Origin: Chara braunii
Lineage: Eukaryota > Plantae > Charophyceae
Assembly: GCA_003427395.1 (NCBI GenBank)
Contig: BFEA01000030.1
Coordinates: forward strand, 3,647,688-3,711,687
Reading direction: 5' to 3'
DNA: 64,000 nucleotides
Shown here: piece after piece, positions 37,136 through 52,332 of the stretch
Numbering within the stretch: position 1 is the first letter of the stretch
How the letters are laid out: the number at the start of each line of letters is the position of its first letter
Position numbers and translations under genes: made by a program
Notes under the pieces: generated by a model
Told to the model about the DNA's origin: nothing
The model's database searches: none
Seen by the model: only the letters and a program-made list of their open reading frames with translations

Positions 37136-40100
37136 GACAAATCCTGCAAAAGTCCTGCCTAACACGGGCGGGAGGATCCCCTTGTGGGACTAATGCACTC
37201 GACGTCCGTGATGAAACCGACTGGCCTAACTCAGTTAGTACACCCCTAAACTGTTGAAATACAAACCTGAATTTGAACTCCACTGGAAGCAGATTAGTAA
37301 AATATTACAGTTCTGAATTATCTCAGATCAACTGGCTTTTAAGGCCGATGTCCATGACGTGGTCCTTCGGGATACCGTTATAATCGAAACGATATGGAGA
37401 GGATTAGTGTGAGTTTAAATTTAGTTTTACTGGTTGTTCTAAGTGAATCTTAAACTTTGTTAGGGGTATATTCACTCAGGGATAGAGTAATTTGGAGGTT
37501 GACTCACGTGAGACCGATTGAATTGCAGTCAGCTACAAAATGTTGCAACCCGGTGGTAGTCGGACGACTTTTTCAAAAGCAGCTCAACAGATGCGAGCGG
37601 AGCGAGAGTGTGCACTTAGACTACGTTCTAGAGGAACGAAGACGAGGGAGAAGGAAAGCATAGAGTTGACGTGGGAAGAGGTAGAAAGAGGGGCGTTGTA
37701 TGTGACATTCATTGTGGTGACCCTCGTATTTATCGTCTTGGTCGCATTGGTTGTCATCATTTGGACCTTGCTTATTGAGCATCGTCTGATGAAGGACACA
37801 ATATAGTACGCCGTCATTTTGACTGGTTATGTATTCACGCATGACTAGTCAATATGACGAGGCTTACACAATAGCGTTACTTATACGAAGTTTCTCGTGC
37901 ACCACCTGCTTATGCAAAAATTAAAAGAGTTATGGGTTGCGCGAAACAAAAAAAGATTAGGCGTAATTCGCACATGGACTTAAGTTTTCCTTGAGAAAAG
38001 TAAGCGTGGTTAGACTGGTTGCCCTAGTCGACCGACACAGAGTTGCGTCAGGGAGATCAACGCCCCAAGCGTCCATTCGTGCACGGTGTCGACGTATAAA
38101 CCCTTACAAGAGTATTTGATCGGGATTTTTTATGTCGGATACTCTCCGAAGTTTAATTTAAATTTAAGGACTTGATAAGACACTCAAACGAAACCTATGA
38201 CCGAGAGACTAAACTTTTTGAACCTAATAAGGATGTCTGCAATAACCAAGGAAAAACGATAAGAATTGGTCGTGCAGCCGACCGCTTACCACGTTAGGCG
38301 AGACCGTTGGGAGGCGTCTCGTCAACTTTTCAGATAAACAAAGAGGATATCAAACCTCTTTTTCTTTCTCTGGTCTGAAAACTTTAAATGAACTTACATA
38401 AACATGCAAAACAACAAGTTTCACAAACCACCAAACAAGATCTCAGCAAACAAGCTCCCTTACAAACAGTAGTCAAGTAGTAATTAAACAAAATAAATTA
38501 AAATAAAACCCATATAAAATGATAAATAATATAAATAGTTTTTCACACCCAAAGGTTATCGATTGCCTTGTTTTTTTCCCATCACTGGCCAAGGCTGACC
38601 TCCCTTAGGTCTGACATCCCTCACTGGGTCCGTCTCGGATGAGGACTAATCAGACGATTTGTCTTGACAACGCCTTTAACCTACTTCTAGGTTATGATCA
38701 CTATACACACTACTTAAGTATGATAACGGAAAGATTATCATTTGACCCGCCTCATGCAAGGACACCCATACTATAGCGGGTCTGGTCACCCTAAGATAAT
38801 AGACCTCCTGTCAGTCCAACTGTCCTAAGCCCGAATTTGACCACTGTGATCGGGGTTCGTTTCACCCACCAGTTTTTCGCCTAGGGCGCTGGCTGCCCCG
38901 CCCAAATTTCGAACGTAGGACCTGATCTAACTACGCTTCGAGCTATAGCGAACCCACTGAATCGCAACCTCTGATTGCAATAGGGTTCCAGTTGACTTTT
39001 TTTGACTTCAGTAGCCAGACTCGTGAAGTCTTAACCTTAGCCAACTACGGAATTTGACATTCAAGTCGGGGACCTGCTGACCCCACCAAATTGCAACCTA
39101 CTGGGGTAAGGCTCTGGCTAGCCCCAATAATCAACGACATTTTAGGTTAGAGACGAAACTCTTAGGTACAGACAAACAACAAACGTACAAAGCTCATAAG
39201 CAAATTGCCCATGCCCCAAATAATTGAACAATCATTTCTCAAAAGATGCTCCTTAAGTCTAATGAGGCACTGAAAAACAACAAGACAACCATCAACAAGT
39301 ATCTGCAAGAGACCTCCCTTCAGTATCAAAAAATTACACAGTGTTGATCCTAGATAAGTCTCTTCCCTTATCTGAGAATTTCCCAAGAGACGTTATGTCA
39401 GTCTCAAGGAAATATCGAGATACTTATCTAAGAGAGGTTTATTCCCTCATCTGAAACAGAAGATAGGCAACTTAGATAAGGGACACGAACTCCCTTTACT
39501 TACAGCTCTTGGACAAGCAAAACTGATTTTTTTTATGTCCATTAAATTTTCTGTTTATTATAGTAATAATATTGATTTCTTCTTTAATGTGTCACAACCA
39601 TGCGTTCTATGGACTTGAAACTGCGACAATACTTAAGAAAGTGATATCTCATCACTTCCTAGTGCAACTGCATATCACAATTACTCCCCATTTTCATGGA
39701 TGTGACACTCGTGGATCACTTGTGGTTTTGCATCAGTGATAATTTAATCTAATTAGTTTTGTCACTTGCAGGAATAAAAAAATTAGTTCACATGCAGAAA
39801 CGAATATGAACCGTCTGAAGATTCTTTTTTAGTCTTTCGTGTCAAAACTTGTTGGAAATAAACATACTGAATTGACAATGCAAGAATGATCAAAGTCTAC
39901 TGAAAGTTCAACCTTATAGTTTCCGTCTTACTGTATTTCTTTCAGTTCTTTAAAATTGTTCTCTTATTAGATGATTGGTCTGTCTTTCCTTTCTTTGTGG
40001 TCATTGTAAGAATCAGATCGGGATCTCCGAAGATGAACTTACGAAGTCACCACCCTGATACCATATCATAAACTTTTTAACCATCCATCTCGGGTATCTC

Positions 40101-41624
40101 AAAGATTTTGCTCTTTTCTTCACCAGGTACTCTGTAAGGACCAAACCACATAGACACCAAATGTTTAGTCCATTGAATCTTAAGTGAACTGTCATAAATT
40201 AAAATATTACACTCCTCGAATACAATGGTATTTTACACCAGGTAAATTTTAGACTCTAACTCCTCGAGCCATAGCAATAGAGTACTCTTGTAAATTATGA
40301 CATTCTCCCGAAACATATGCAATAACCTTAATCTTATTTTAGTTATTTTGCGTAAAGCTGAGTTGGTTTTGTTTTGTGTTCTTGAAGAAAAATGAAGACA
40401 TATTCCCTTCTTTTGAAGACATTGATTTAAAGTTCAAGTACGTTGCGTACGTCGTTTTGGTTCTCTATCATGACGAATTAATTGATTCATTATAGGTATA
40501 TGTGTTGTTTTATTTTTTGTTAATTAAATTAATGCAGCTAACAAGCTTCGGTAGTGTGACCCGTCTGACCTGACCCTTATCATAAATTTTTAACTTTTTT
40601 TTTCTTATGTATCTCTTCTTATTTCACCTCTCTTGATCGGATAGTCAATTGTGGGTCATCCTCTCTATAACATTCAACACATCCTGATCAACTTCTAATA
40701 TATGTCTTATTCTGATCTGTGGAAGTTCCAAGAGGGAATATTATCGGTGCCTTTCTTGATTTGATCAAGTTTTGACTATGCTTTTAATAGGTAAAGTAGC
40801 ATACCGACCATACCACAAGGTGAAAGCTGCATAGTGAGTGGTCCTCTTAATCGTGATGTTGTCCTCATAAACTGTGACTCTTAGCATATTTGGCAAGTTG
40901 CGAAAATTTATTTCACACCACTTTACTAGTGGATCCTTCAAAGTTTTGTGACCCATCTCAACAGGTGCATTCATCTGAGGATGATAAGAAATCACGTATA
41001 TAATTCTGACACCCAATCTGAGAATGTTTTTTTTTACGATCTCATTTTTGAATTATAATTTTATACATGAAACAAACTCTCTAATGAAAGGATATATGAG
41101 ATAAATTTTCTATATCCAATCATCCACTTGTTCGATTATATTCCTTTTTTAGATTTTTGCTTCAACATAGTCAGAGAAATATTCTCTCTATCCAATCATC
41201 CACTTGTTCGATTGTCTTCTTTTTTAGAGTTTTTGCTTCAACACAGTCAGAGAAATGATTTTTTATATACTTAGTATGTATCTCATCCCTCTTTTGTCTT
41301 CGGGTATACTAATAAGATTCAGATAAACTCGATTATCTGGTTCTACCTGGATAGTGAGAATTAGAGGCTCAACCAATCTTTTTGTAGACTTTTTTTTGAC
41401 ACAGTAGAAACGACTTACAAAATTTGTAAATCATATCGCTCATGCGAGACCAAGAACAAAGCTTAGCAGTTTTTGTGTAGGTTGCTTCAATAACTCTTTA
41501 ACCTCATGGAACTCTTTCGTGCAGAGCAACAATTATTTTTAATTGTTTTTTTTCCCCACACACTGCTCTTAATGAAAGTAACTCAATTTTGTCATCCACA
41601 AAGAGGTTTCCTCTCTGAAGGTTA

Positions 41625-42560
41625 AAATTTTTCTTCAAATTTTTGCAGTAGTATTCTTAAAGTTTTTCGCTTGTCATTACTTTGCCAATTTTTTGATAAC
41701 CCCTTTAGTATTCTTCAAGTATATATTTATATATATTCAAGTTCGTCCTTGTCTTTTGAACTGAAACTTTCTTCTAGTTCACAGACATCCACAACTGTTG
41801 CACTGATTTTTGCATACCAGTCATTTTTATTTTTTTTCCCCTCTATCTCAATAATCATTTTATAGATGTAAGCATTAAAGACTTCACCCCAGTAGTGTTT
41901 TTCTTCAGACCGCAAACTTTTTTCGTATGAGTTTAGTGCCTTATAATCTTCACTATCTTCTTCATTCAAAATTTCATCAACATAAGTCGACTCTTCAGTA
42001 GTTCCATCAATATCTTTCTCATTATCTGTTATCCCCTCAATTCTGCTAGAACCATCTGCTCAATTTGTGGCATTGGATGATTGACAATAACTCCTTCATG
42101 AATTGGGTGTAGTCTTTTTCTTAAGGTTGAACTTCTTCCTCAAGTTTTTGCAGTAGTATTCTTTGAAGTTTTTTTTGTCATTACTTTCTTAATCTTTTGA
42201 TAACCCCTTTTGTATTCTTCGAGGATATATATATATATATATATTCTCAAGCTACTCCTCATTCTTTGAACCGAAACTTTCTCCTATTTCACAGACAACC
42301 ACAAGTGTTGCATTGATTCTTGCATACCAGTCATTCTCATTTTATTTTTCCTCTTCCTCAAAAATCATTTCATAGATATAAACATCATAGACTTCATCCC
42401 AACAGTGTTTTTCTTAAGGTCAAAATTTTTTCTTGTATAAGTCTAGTGTCTTGTAATCTTCATCATCTTCTTCATTAAAAAATTCATCAACATAAGCTGA
42501 CTCTTGAGTAGTTTCATCAATATTCTCTTCATTATTTGTTCTCCGCTCAATTCGGCTTAA
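41625..42560. repeat. ~500-bp tandem duplication inside the Gypsy pol
   Basis: TTTTTGCAGTAGTATTCTT...TTGCATACCAGTCATT...TTCATCAACATAAG at ~41640 and ~42145. Confidence 0.85.
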
Positions 42561-45500
42561 ACCATTTGCTATATTTTTCTCAATTAGAGTTTTTTCCAAC
42601 TTAAAGTCAAAGGTCCAGATAAAGACAATTCATCTGCTTCTCTTGAATTTATGTGTTGGTGTTTGTTTGTGGCACCAATCATTGCAGATACATCAATTCT
42701 CATAATGAATCTCCTTTCAAGCATATAGTGTCTTAAACATATGAGACATTGGATGATTGTCAGTAGTTCTTTTATGAATTGGGTGTAGTCTCTTTCTCTG
42801 CAATTGAGAGTCGTGCTTTAAAACTGTAGATGTATTTTTTACCATTCTGGTATTTTTTTACAAGTATACCACCAAGAGCAACTGGTCCTTCATTTGCCTC
42901 GATGAGGAAGGGTCTTCCTTCCTCGTCATCGTAGTAGGACACTCACATTATTACATCTCCATCGTTCAATTTTTCTTGTAGATTTTTAATAACGATTGCC
43001 ATTTTATTTTTTTTTTAACAAGTAAGCTTTTTGCCTTACCGTCTCCTCTAAAGGTTCTGCAAGGGTAGTAAAATGAGGAATGAAAAAATTTCAGAACCCA
43101 CAAACACCCAACAAGCTCTAACATTTATCACTTCCTTAAGAGACAAGAGGGAATTCAAAATTTTTTCTCTCTTTTGGGGATGGGGTCTCCTACCCTTAGA
43201 AACACATTTGAAGCCTTATGATGGTCACTTCTGTCTGAAAAAGCAGAGACTTTGGTCAACAGGCAGTTAAATTGTATTTTTGAAGTCTTTCTATGACCAA
43301 CTTTGCACTCTCACCATGTTTCCAAACAAACGTTTCAACACCATTATCAACCAATGTCCCATCTCTTTTTACATACTCGTTTACTTGATAATCATCGATT
43401 TAACGACTAGTTATTTCATGAAAAATATTTTGCATTACTTTGATTATGTATTTTTGTACCACTGTCACACTATTAGTTCACCCTTATGTTACCACACACA
43501 TCTAGATAAGTCATATTGCCGTCTGTATGATAACCATTGGTCGATTAGTGGGACAATAAGGAACTAGATAAATTAATGAATAAATAAATCAATCAGCAAA
43601 GAACTTGGAAATAAAATCAACATTAGGAAGGCTACCTATATCACGTACCGTGACTAAGTTGAATTTTTGAAGATTTTGTATTCATCTCAAAACACCTCCT
43701 GGTTTCCAAAAGCAAAACCAGTGATTTAAATATAGTTCATCGACATGTTTAACAACATTAGAAGCAATCATTTTATCAAGATATTTCACCACTTCTGTTT
43801 TTTCTTTTTATGACATATTTAGTTGATTTATCATTTCAAGAGATATGATTTACTATCCAGATTCGTCAGTTTAATTATATCCACATTCAATCTTCCTCGC
43901 TCTTCATCTTTAAAGGAAAAAGCACTAGAGGATTTATAACACACCTTGAAGATATATTAATTCTCCCTATGCAATATAATCTGATTTGAATCAATTTCCA
44001 TTATGTGAAATTTATTTCCATTAACCACATTCCCAAGTTTGGACGACTCCCTTAGTGCTTTGTGATTCTCCTTCTATTTTTCAACGCTGCATCAAAGTTA
44101 TTTTCTATTAAAATGGTTAGCGAATTTTTCTTCACCCATTTGGGTTTATATTTTTTCTCAGTGGCTATATTTCTAAAAAAAAATGAGTTGATGCAAATCT
44201 CAATTTTATTTTACCATTCTTAACAGATTCAACAATCTTATTGAATGTATCAATTTGCCCATCATCATCTTTGAGTCGACCAAAAGTTCTCATCCTTTTT
44301 TTTATCTGATTAATGTTCACTTTAATGTTCTTTTTTTCTGTTATTTAGTTTTTTTTTAGTTTATTAGTTTATAAAAGAAAAAATTCCCTTCTATTAGAGT
44401 TAATTGACATTTTATGTTTAATATGATTCGAGGTAGAAACCATAAAAGTTTGTTTCAAACCAATCCATGGGCCCTGCAGCGCAACCCAAGATGACCCTTC
44501 ATGACCAAAGAACTGAGTTGCTTCCATTCTATGAAAGAATGATGTACTTAAGATACAATTATGATCCAATTATCGAGCCATGAATCACAACAGCTCAACA
44601 CAAAAAGTTTCAACCTTAATTATCAAATTGTCAATGAAGCCCGTCAAATAAAGAGTTTCAACAATGTTACTCAATTGGTGTTTCGAGCTTCTATCAATGG
44701 TTATATCACAAACTTTCATAGTCCTTTGGGAAAGAAAAACCATTTATGCCTCAAAATTTATAAAGGCTTAAATTTTTAATTGATTGATGTAGATAGTCGG
44801 ATATCCACAACTCATGGTTGCAAATCTGATTTTGCACCCTAGAAGTGCTTTGTTCGCATGAGCAAGGAAGTTCGAACCCAAGTAATTGACTTTCACCTTT
44901 ATCTTTTGAATCAATCTTTTAAGTTATTCTCTTAATTTAAATGTTAAGTTCATTGTCTCCTTAAGGAGAGAGTTACATCAGTTTCTTCCAACATCTTTGT
45001 GATCACATCACTGATTACCAATTCATCTTCTAACTCGCTCTAAAGAATGATTTTTTTTTTATTCCCTTGTTCGTTCTTTTGAGATGAGATATTTTGTTTC
45101 CGATCATCACAAATTTTGTCCAAAGTCTTTTCAACTTTTTTTCTTTTATTTTCTTTGATCATTTGAGGTGTCATGTTTGCATGAAAGTTTCTTACTTCAC
45201 CAATCACCATGTAAGATTCCATGACGACTTCAGTTGGTAAGATGCCTTCAAAAGGCATCACGTAAACTGGACAAGCGGGCGTACCAGGGAAAAACTCTAC
45301 CAGCTAAGAAGAGCTTTGAGGTGCAGGTTTTTCTCCTAGTAGACAGTTACTTGATGAAACTTCTTCAAATAAGTTTTATTTTAACACCATAGACTGTAAG
45401 AGAAATTCAATTGTGGCCAAAGAAATAACAGACTTTTGCACAAGTTTTTCAGACAGTTCGTCAATGAGAAAATGAACATTTACATTTGCACTTCTCTTAT

Positions 45501-46058
45501 TTCTCATCTGAGCAAGCCATCTCATATCCCCAAGATGTATATGATCTAGTTTATCACACGAGTTGTCACAAACATGATCCGGAACATTTTTTTTTTCCAC
45601 AACCTTGTTTTTTACATCCTCTTCTAGATGTTACAATAAGTGGTAGTGTGACGTCCTTCACCACAATAATAGCAAGTGGAGTTTTTCCTTCACCGATCTT
45701 CAAATTTACCTCTTTCTCTATTACTTCTACCACCATGATCTTCATTCCTCCTAAATCTGGATGTGTCTCTTTTCTTTTTATTGTCATCATCATCATCATT
45801 ATCTTCTTCATCCTCACCATCTATCTTCATTTTTCCTTTCTCATATGAAGTAGAGACAACAAGCATGTAATTTATCATAACTTGTTAAACAATGTTATTT
45901 GTACTCACGTTACTCTCTCTATTTATGTCATTTTTTTTTTCCAATCTTTAGCTAGAGTATTGATCTAACTTAGTGACCACTTCTTGTTAGAAATTGTAGG
46001 TAGAGACCCGACCATTGCCACCATCTCGTCTCATCTGAGAGGGTAATATTGAGCCTTG

Positions 46059-46824
46059 CAGGGTAACCGACGTTCGGGACGTGCCGAACGCCCGAACCCG
46101 AACGCCCGAACGTATGGGACCCCTTGGGGATGCGTTCGGCCGTTCATGCCGAACGCGGACAAAAAAAAAATAAAAAATAAAAAAAACAACGTCGTTAAAA
46201 AAATCTGAAAAAAAAAAAATGTTATGGAGAAAAATATATTAAACAAGATTTGTCTGAGCATTACGTCCGAATTCCTTACCAAATTTGAAATAAAAATAAA
46301 ATACACAGAACAAATATTAATAATAAAAATAAATAAAAATAAAAAAAGAATTAAATTTAGTGAGTGCGCAAGCATGTTTTCGACACCACCATCTTTGGCG
46401 ATTTTTCATTTTGTTTTGGCATAGCTAAATGACCTGAAAATTTATAGATGTGTACTTCACATAATACAAAACCCACGAAAAAAGTTTCAAAAAATAATAA
46501 AATTGTGTAGACCCCGAACTAAAGTGAAAACAAAAAGTCAAAAGTGAAAAAAAACGTGGGCGAGCACGTTTTGACACTGCCATCTTTGGCGATTTTTAAT
46601 TCTTCTTTGGCTACGCTAAATGACTTGAAAATTTAGAGGCATGTACCTCACGTCATAGAGAACTCATAAAACAAAATTCAGAAAAAAAAAATAATTGTTA
46701 GGCCCCGAAATAGTTTTTGGCAGGGGCCGAACGCCGTCGGGTTCGGGCCCTGTACGGGACCCCGAACACCCGAACGTACGGAGGTCCGCCCAGGGGCCTC
46801 CGTACGTACGGGCTGGTAACGTTG
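46059..46824. mobile_element. hAT-type MITE inserted in the Gypsy element
   Basis: Ends CAGGGTAACC / GGTAACGTTG; 8-bp TSD GAGCCTTG / GAGCCTTA; CCGAAC subterminal repeats. Confidence 0.85.
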
Positions 46825-49800
46825 GAGCCTTATTCAATACCGTTTGTCTCTCATTGTTAGTCAATTTAGTCAAGAAGATATGATATCTCTGGGACTTATC
46901 CGGGTATGAAATTCTTCTGGTTATTTGGATGAATATGTGAATGAAAACATTGAATGCATGATATTTAGCTCTTCTGAAATTAAGAAGGTCTTTGGTATTA
47001 GTCGGAACATAATTTTTCTCAAACTCTCTCTTAATTCTATCTTTGATTTCTTTCCAAATATGAGCTCATTCCATCAACTCTTGAACTATCAATCTTATCT
47101 CTGAATCACAGTATGACAGAAGATGCTTGAGTCGTTGTCTATCAGTCAAACCATAACAAAGACCAAATAATTTATACTCATCAAAAAAATCATTGACTTG
47201 TAACCCTTTGAAACGCAAAATTATTTCATCAGGTCGTTTTTCTTTTGTAATGTCTGGTCATTCCTTCATAGTATAAACTCTCTCGACCAATTTTCGTATG
47301 ACACCCATTAGAGTCTCTTCATGAGTCTCTGCGGATAAGCTAGGTCTTCCTCTCCCAACCATCTTGACCGTCAGTTTCTCTTAATACCTCTTTTTCTCTC
47401 TTCTCTAGTCATTTTTTAACCTCTTTCTTCTTACTTTGAATCCCTTACTCTCCTTGCAAGAGAGACATTTTTGTTTTTTCCCTCTCTTGTCAGGTCCACC
47501 CCTTGAGAATTTTGTAGGTAGAGAGTGTAGATAATAACAGTTTGTGTAGAAATTAGAGGCGAGATAATTCTTCCCAACCTCCAAATGTAATCCTCAATTA
47601 ATTGCCTCTCACTGTTTCTGCTTAGTCTTCTTTTTATCTCTTCACAACTTCTCGAATGATAAAAAACCTCGTCAGATCAATAATATCGTAATAAAATTTC
47701 ATCGCTTACTGACCATTGCTAACTTTTATGGCAAGAGACACTCTCTTCCCAGAGTTGTGATAGGTCACTCTCTCAATAGTCCCCACCTTCATTACTTTTA
47801 ATAAGTAATTGATCTCAGTCTAATCAGTTACAGTTTTCAAGGCAGAGTCTCTCAGTCAATCAAGAAAATGATGCAAAGAGAAATTCCTATCAGAGATTCG
47901 AAGAGTACCTTTTATCTTGACTGTCCTCCCTTCTACTATAATCCCAAAGGTAAGTTGTTGAAGAGAACCATACATTATCACTCATTTTCTGAATATCATA
48001 ACCAATATCAAGCGAGGTAGATCTCATAATGGATATAATCAGCAATCTTAAATTTGTGCTCAAAAGTGTTAAGAAGTGTTGATTTTGCCCGCACAATTAA
48101 ATCATTCTCTCTTGTTTTTTCTACCATGACAATGATTTTTAGAAGAGACATCCAGTCTCGTATGTTCTCAAAGTCATTAGTAGCTACAAAATAAGGGAGT
48201 CTCTCAAATTGTCTCACTCCCGCCACCCAAGCTACCTTCCTGCGCAACTTCTCAAGTCATTCTCTTGCTCTTATAAGACTGATATTAGCCCCTTTCAGAT
48301 ATTTTAAATAATTAGTCATTTTCTCTAGACTTTCTCGAACATAGATTCTCACATCCAGACTATCAGTAGTAAAAATAATAACCACTAGAATTTAAAATAT
48401 TATATCACCTCTCTCACAAGTTTCATGTCTCATAATCATAAAAGGATTATCATACCCAATCACTTTGTCTAGCCAGCCTCTCACAATAGATATCCTTGTT
48501 ACTGATAGTATTTCTGAGACTTTTTCATATTTTATATAAAATTCATCATAATTGATCAATCATTTATTCGAAGATGAAGTCGTTTCAGAGGAGAAGAAAG
48601 TATTTTAGAAAAGGGTTTGACATGAGTACTTCAAGTGAAGCTTTTATTCTTTTGTTGAAGTGTTTTTCTCTTTTAGTACAATGTTGACTGCTCGTTCTCA
48701 ATATCTGTCATATTCACAACCCTCAAACCGGTCTTTTGGCACATAAATCCTGACATCATATTCATCAAGCTCGAGGAATCGACAGGTAAGGACATATAGG
48801 TTATTATGCTCCCATCCTCTCTTCTTCACCGCTTCATATCTCATAATCTCATAGGGGGATACTTCAATCGTTTTTCTATTCTCTCTTCGCTCAATCTGTC
48901 ATGTCCTCTTCCTAATTTTAACCAAAGTTTTTTTTTTCTTGAAGGTAAGCATTGTACATTCATCAATGTTTCTGATCGCTCTTCTTTGAAAACAAACTCA
49001 ATTATAACAGACCAGTTATTCCTTGACAGACTGATATAAGGTGAATAAGGAGTTGAAAACCCTTAAAAGACAGCAAACCGAGCGGATCCAATCAAACATT
49101 TTTTCTTTTTTTCAAGTTTTTATTTTTCTTGCACCACAACCTCCTCAACAAATCTTGAACATCTCGTATATGTAGCATCAACATTTCTCTCTCTAATAAC
49201 ATACTTTGATGAGAAGACAAAGTTAATCAGACAAAAGAAGCAAGTTGAGTGGGGTTTAATGTCGGTGAATTATGAAACGGTGCCTATTTCTCTTATCTTT
49301 GACAATTATTGTGATGAAAACAATTGACTGTCGATTATCAATATAGTATTGAAGTAAATCAATTGGTATGGGATCAAAATAAATTTCAATAGAATAAATC
49401 AGACAACGAAGGTCATAATTTGGAAGAAGTTCAAGCCTGAGCAGAATAAAGGTGAAATATATCTTCAAGTCAATGAATCCTCGGAGTAAGAAGGAAGTGT
49501 TCCCATTTGAGACTGTCAAGTACAAAATGGTCGAAAGCGGATGGAAACAAGAACGAGTTTATATTTTTACATTTTACTTTTATAAATGAGATACATACGA
49601 ATAGACTAAATGACAATTTCTCATAACCAATTGAAGGTTTCACCATCATTGCTACCCACTAGTGGTCAATAGGTGATATCATTTTTGGTGAATTTTTCAC
49701 AGAAACTGTTATATTTCCCTGATTTTTTCCTTTTTGTTTTTTGTCTGATATGCATAAGCTTTAGGGTATATTTGTATTCAGTTTCAAAGTATTTGGACGA

Positions 49801-51710
49801 GTGACAAAGAAATTGGCAAAAACACCGAATTCGGGAAACGTTTGGACGAACTACAAAAGCTACTTCGAATAGGGTTCTATAGTGCTGTTCATTTATTTTA
49901 TTTTTTTTTTGTCCTTTTTTTTTTATGTTTGTATTATGAGCCTGCATAGTTTGTTTGCAAAAGTTTCGATGGCATTGCCTTGCAGTGATGCAGCGAAAAA
50001 CTCCAAATTTTTGACCTTCCATTAAATGAGTGTCTTGCTACCTCCATTCTTGGCATGAGGACGAATATCATAGATGTAGAAATTAACCAATACCATACAT
50101 ATAATCGTTTGTCCATAATAATAGGTCCGACAATGCTCGTATTGATAGAGAAATTTACCTTTAATTGTGAATTTTGAAAGTTCATTCAATGCATCTCTAA
50201 CTGACATTCTTGATGAAAGAGTTCCTCTACTTTTGACTTTCTCATTTCTTTCTCAGTTTTCAAGGATTTCAAGGGTCCATATGACGTTCCATTGACCAGT
50301 CTGACCATCTTTATCAACTAGTGTCAATCTCCTTCTCCAGTCCATGATAATATCTTACATATAAAGAGATTAAATACAGTTAGCAATCGTGATTTTCAAA
50401 AGGATCAAGACTCAATGAGGATTAAGACATTATTAACATTTTTTCTGCTCTAATCAAAACTCAAAACTGATGTTGACTCAAACTCGCTCCGGAAACGAAA
50501 ATTTATCATTTCTCAGGCGATGATATTATTTTGTCGCACTTTTACCAGTCAAGCCACTTCTGGCGACCAGAAAACCAACAGACTATCAAGCAGGATTTTG
50601 ATGATTGTTTGCAATAAATAAAAATGCAAATCTCTTTATGTTGCGTGCATTCGACTTCGAGCGAAACCCTTCAATTACAGTCGACGTCGGTCCCCGTTCT
50701 TAGAAATCTTTGATTATGATTCAGAACAATAAATAAAACATGCAATAATTAAAATTGAAAATTAATCAAAATGCATGCATATTAAAGTGTCATTTAGGAA
50801 TTGAGAGTTGTGACAAGACGAACAAGGACTCAAACGAGACCATGAGGTATGACTCGATACCAACACAACACGACAAGATAAGAGATCATGTGAGAGAAAA
50901 TGAAAGTTCTTTATCACATCAAGGTCACAAAACGAACAGACAAAGCATAAAACCATTGACTCTGTAGTAAACTCTCTCTCTCCTCTTTATAAATGATATT
51001 ATACTCAAAGATTAAACACTGGTTAGTGTAACATTCAATGACTCTTTAGTGGGTCCGCCTGGTGCTGATCTGTATTCAAAGGAAAGTCAGTTGCGACATG
51101 CATCTGATGATTGTACTCATGTCGAGAGTCAAGTCTTCTCAATATATATGTCGTGCCAAAAAGGTTTCGCCTTGAGTTTACTGTACTCAAATACTCGGTG
51201 ATCTTGAGACCGCTGTCGAGCGTACGGTCCTCGCAAGAGAGGGGACCTTCCCGACTGCGTCACGCAGGATTCGGCAGAAGTTAGTCGTAGAGAATTGCCG
51301 CTCCGACCGAATGCACCAACCATACGTCTCACGAACCCCTACAACAAGATAGGGTCACACGAGGTACAACTCACCTCCATCTGCAGGGGTTGTCACCATC
51401 CCTTAGGTAGGCGTATCCCCGCCGAGCTACCAGTCTACAGTATAAAAAGTTTTTACATGCAATCGTAGAGGTGGACCAGCTGAGGGTGTTTTCTCGTACA
51501 TTGTAGCATAGGAGGTACGCGTGGTCCCTACTCCTCTATCGAACTCGCACATGTGGTAACAAGGATGCACCCTAGTCGACTGACGTCGAGTCGCGCTTGG
51601 GACTTCAGCCTCTTAGTCCAACCCCATGCAATCACCAACACACTAACCTGGACTTATTATCATAAGGACAAAGGTCCGACTTTTGTCAACAAACAAAACT
51701 GACTGACTTA

Positions 51711-52325
51711 GCAAAGCGACCGGATCACTCAGGAGGACCTCACCTCCAGCCTCATTTTCAGTTTAAAGCAAATGAGCAAAGCGATCGGATCAGTCAGGAG
51801 GAGCCCCATTTCAATGTCTTACGCAAACGAGCGAAATGACTGGATCAGTTAGGAGGAACTCATCTCCAACCTCATCTCAATGTCTTAGACAAACGAGCAA
51901 AGCGATCAGGTCAGTTAGGAGGACGTTATCTCCAACCCAATTTCAATATCTTAGGCAAACGGGCTAAGCAATCGGATTAATTAGGAGGACCTCATCTTTA
52001 GCCTTATTTTAGGCAAACGAGCAAAGCGACCGGATCAGTCAGGAGGACCTCATTTCCAGCCTCATTTCAATGTCTTAGGCAAACAAGCAAAGCGAATTAG
52101 GAGGACCTCATCTCTAACCCCATTTCAATGTCTTCAGCAAACAAGCAAAGCGACCGGATCAGTAGGTAGAGCCTCATCTTTAGCCCCGTTTCAATGTCTT
52201 AGGCAAACGAGCAAAGCGACCAGATCAGTTAGGTGGACCTCATCTCAAACCTTATTTCAATGTCTTAGGCAAACAAGCAAAGTGATCGGATCAGTCAGGA
52301 GGACCTCATCTCCAACCCCATTCAA
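51711..52325. repeat. Tandem array, ~10 copies of a ~66-bp unit
   Basis: GCAAAGCGA.CGGATCAGT.AGGAGGACCTCAT...TTTCAATGTCTTAGGCAAAC; starts at 52145, 52211 and 52277. Confidence 0.92.
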
Positions 52326-52332
52326 ATCATCG

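Larger units (their letters stand above)
39200..49500 (-). mobile_element. Heavily decayed Ty3/Gypsy LTR retrotransposon internal region (gag-PR-RT-RH-IN order); limits approximate
   Basis: RT start HWFCFWKPGGVLR*IQNLQKFNLVTVRDIGSLPNVD (~43730-43620); RNase H ERDYTQFIKELLTIIQCLICLRHY (~42800-42730); integrase YHPQMNAPVEMGHKTLK (40765-41016). Confidence 0.85.

Noticed and set aside
38606-38656. HDV-like ribozyme (GTCTGA...GTCC...GGAC-TAA-TCAGAC)
   Set aside because: P2- and P4-like stems are present but there is no room for the 3' strand of P1; a similar candidate at 52780-52865 also failed to fold
40013-40195. Chromodomain after the Gypsy integrase (EYLVK...W)
   Set aside because: Position fits but the sequence is too degenerate to support a call
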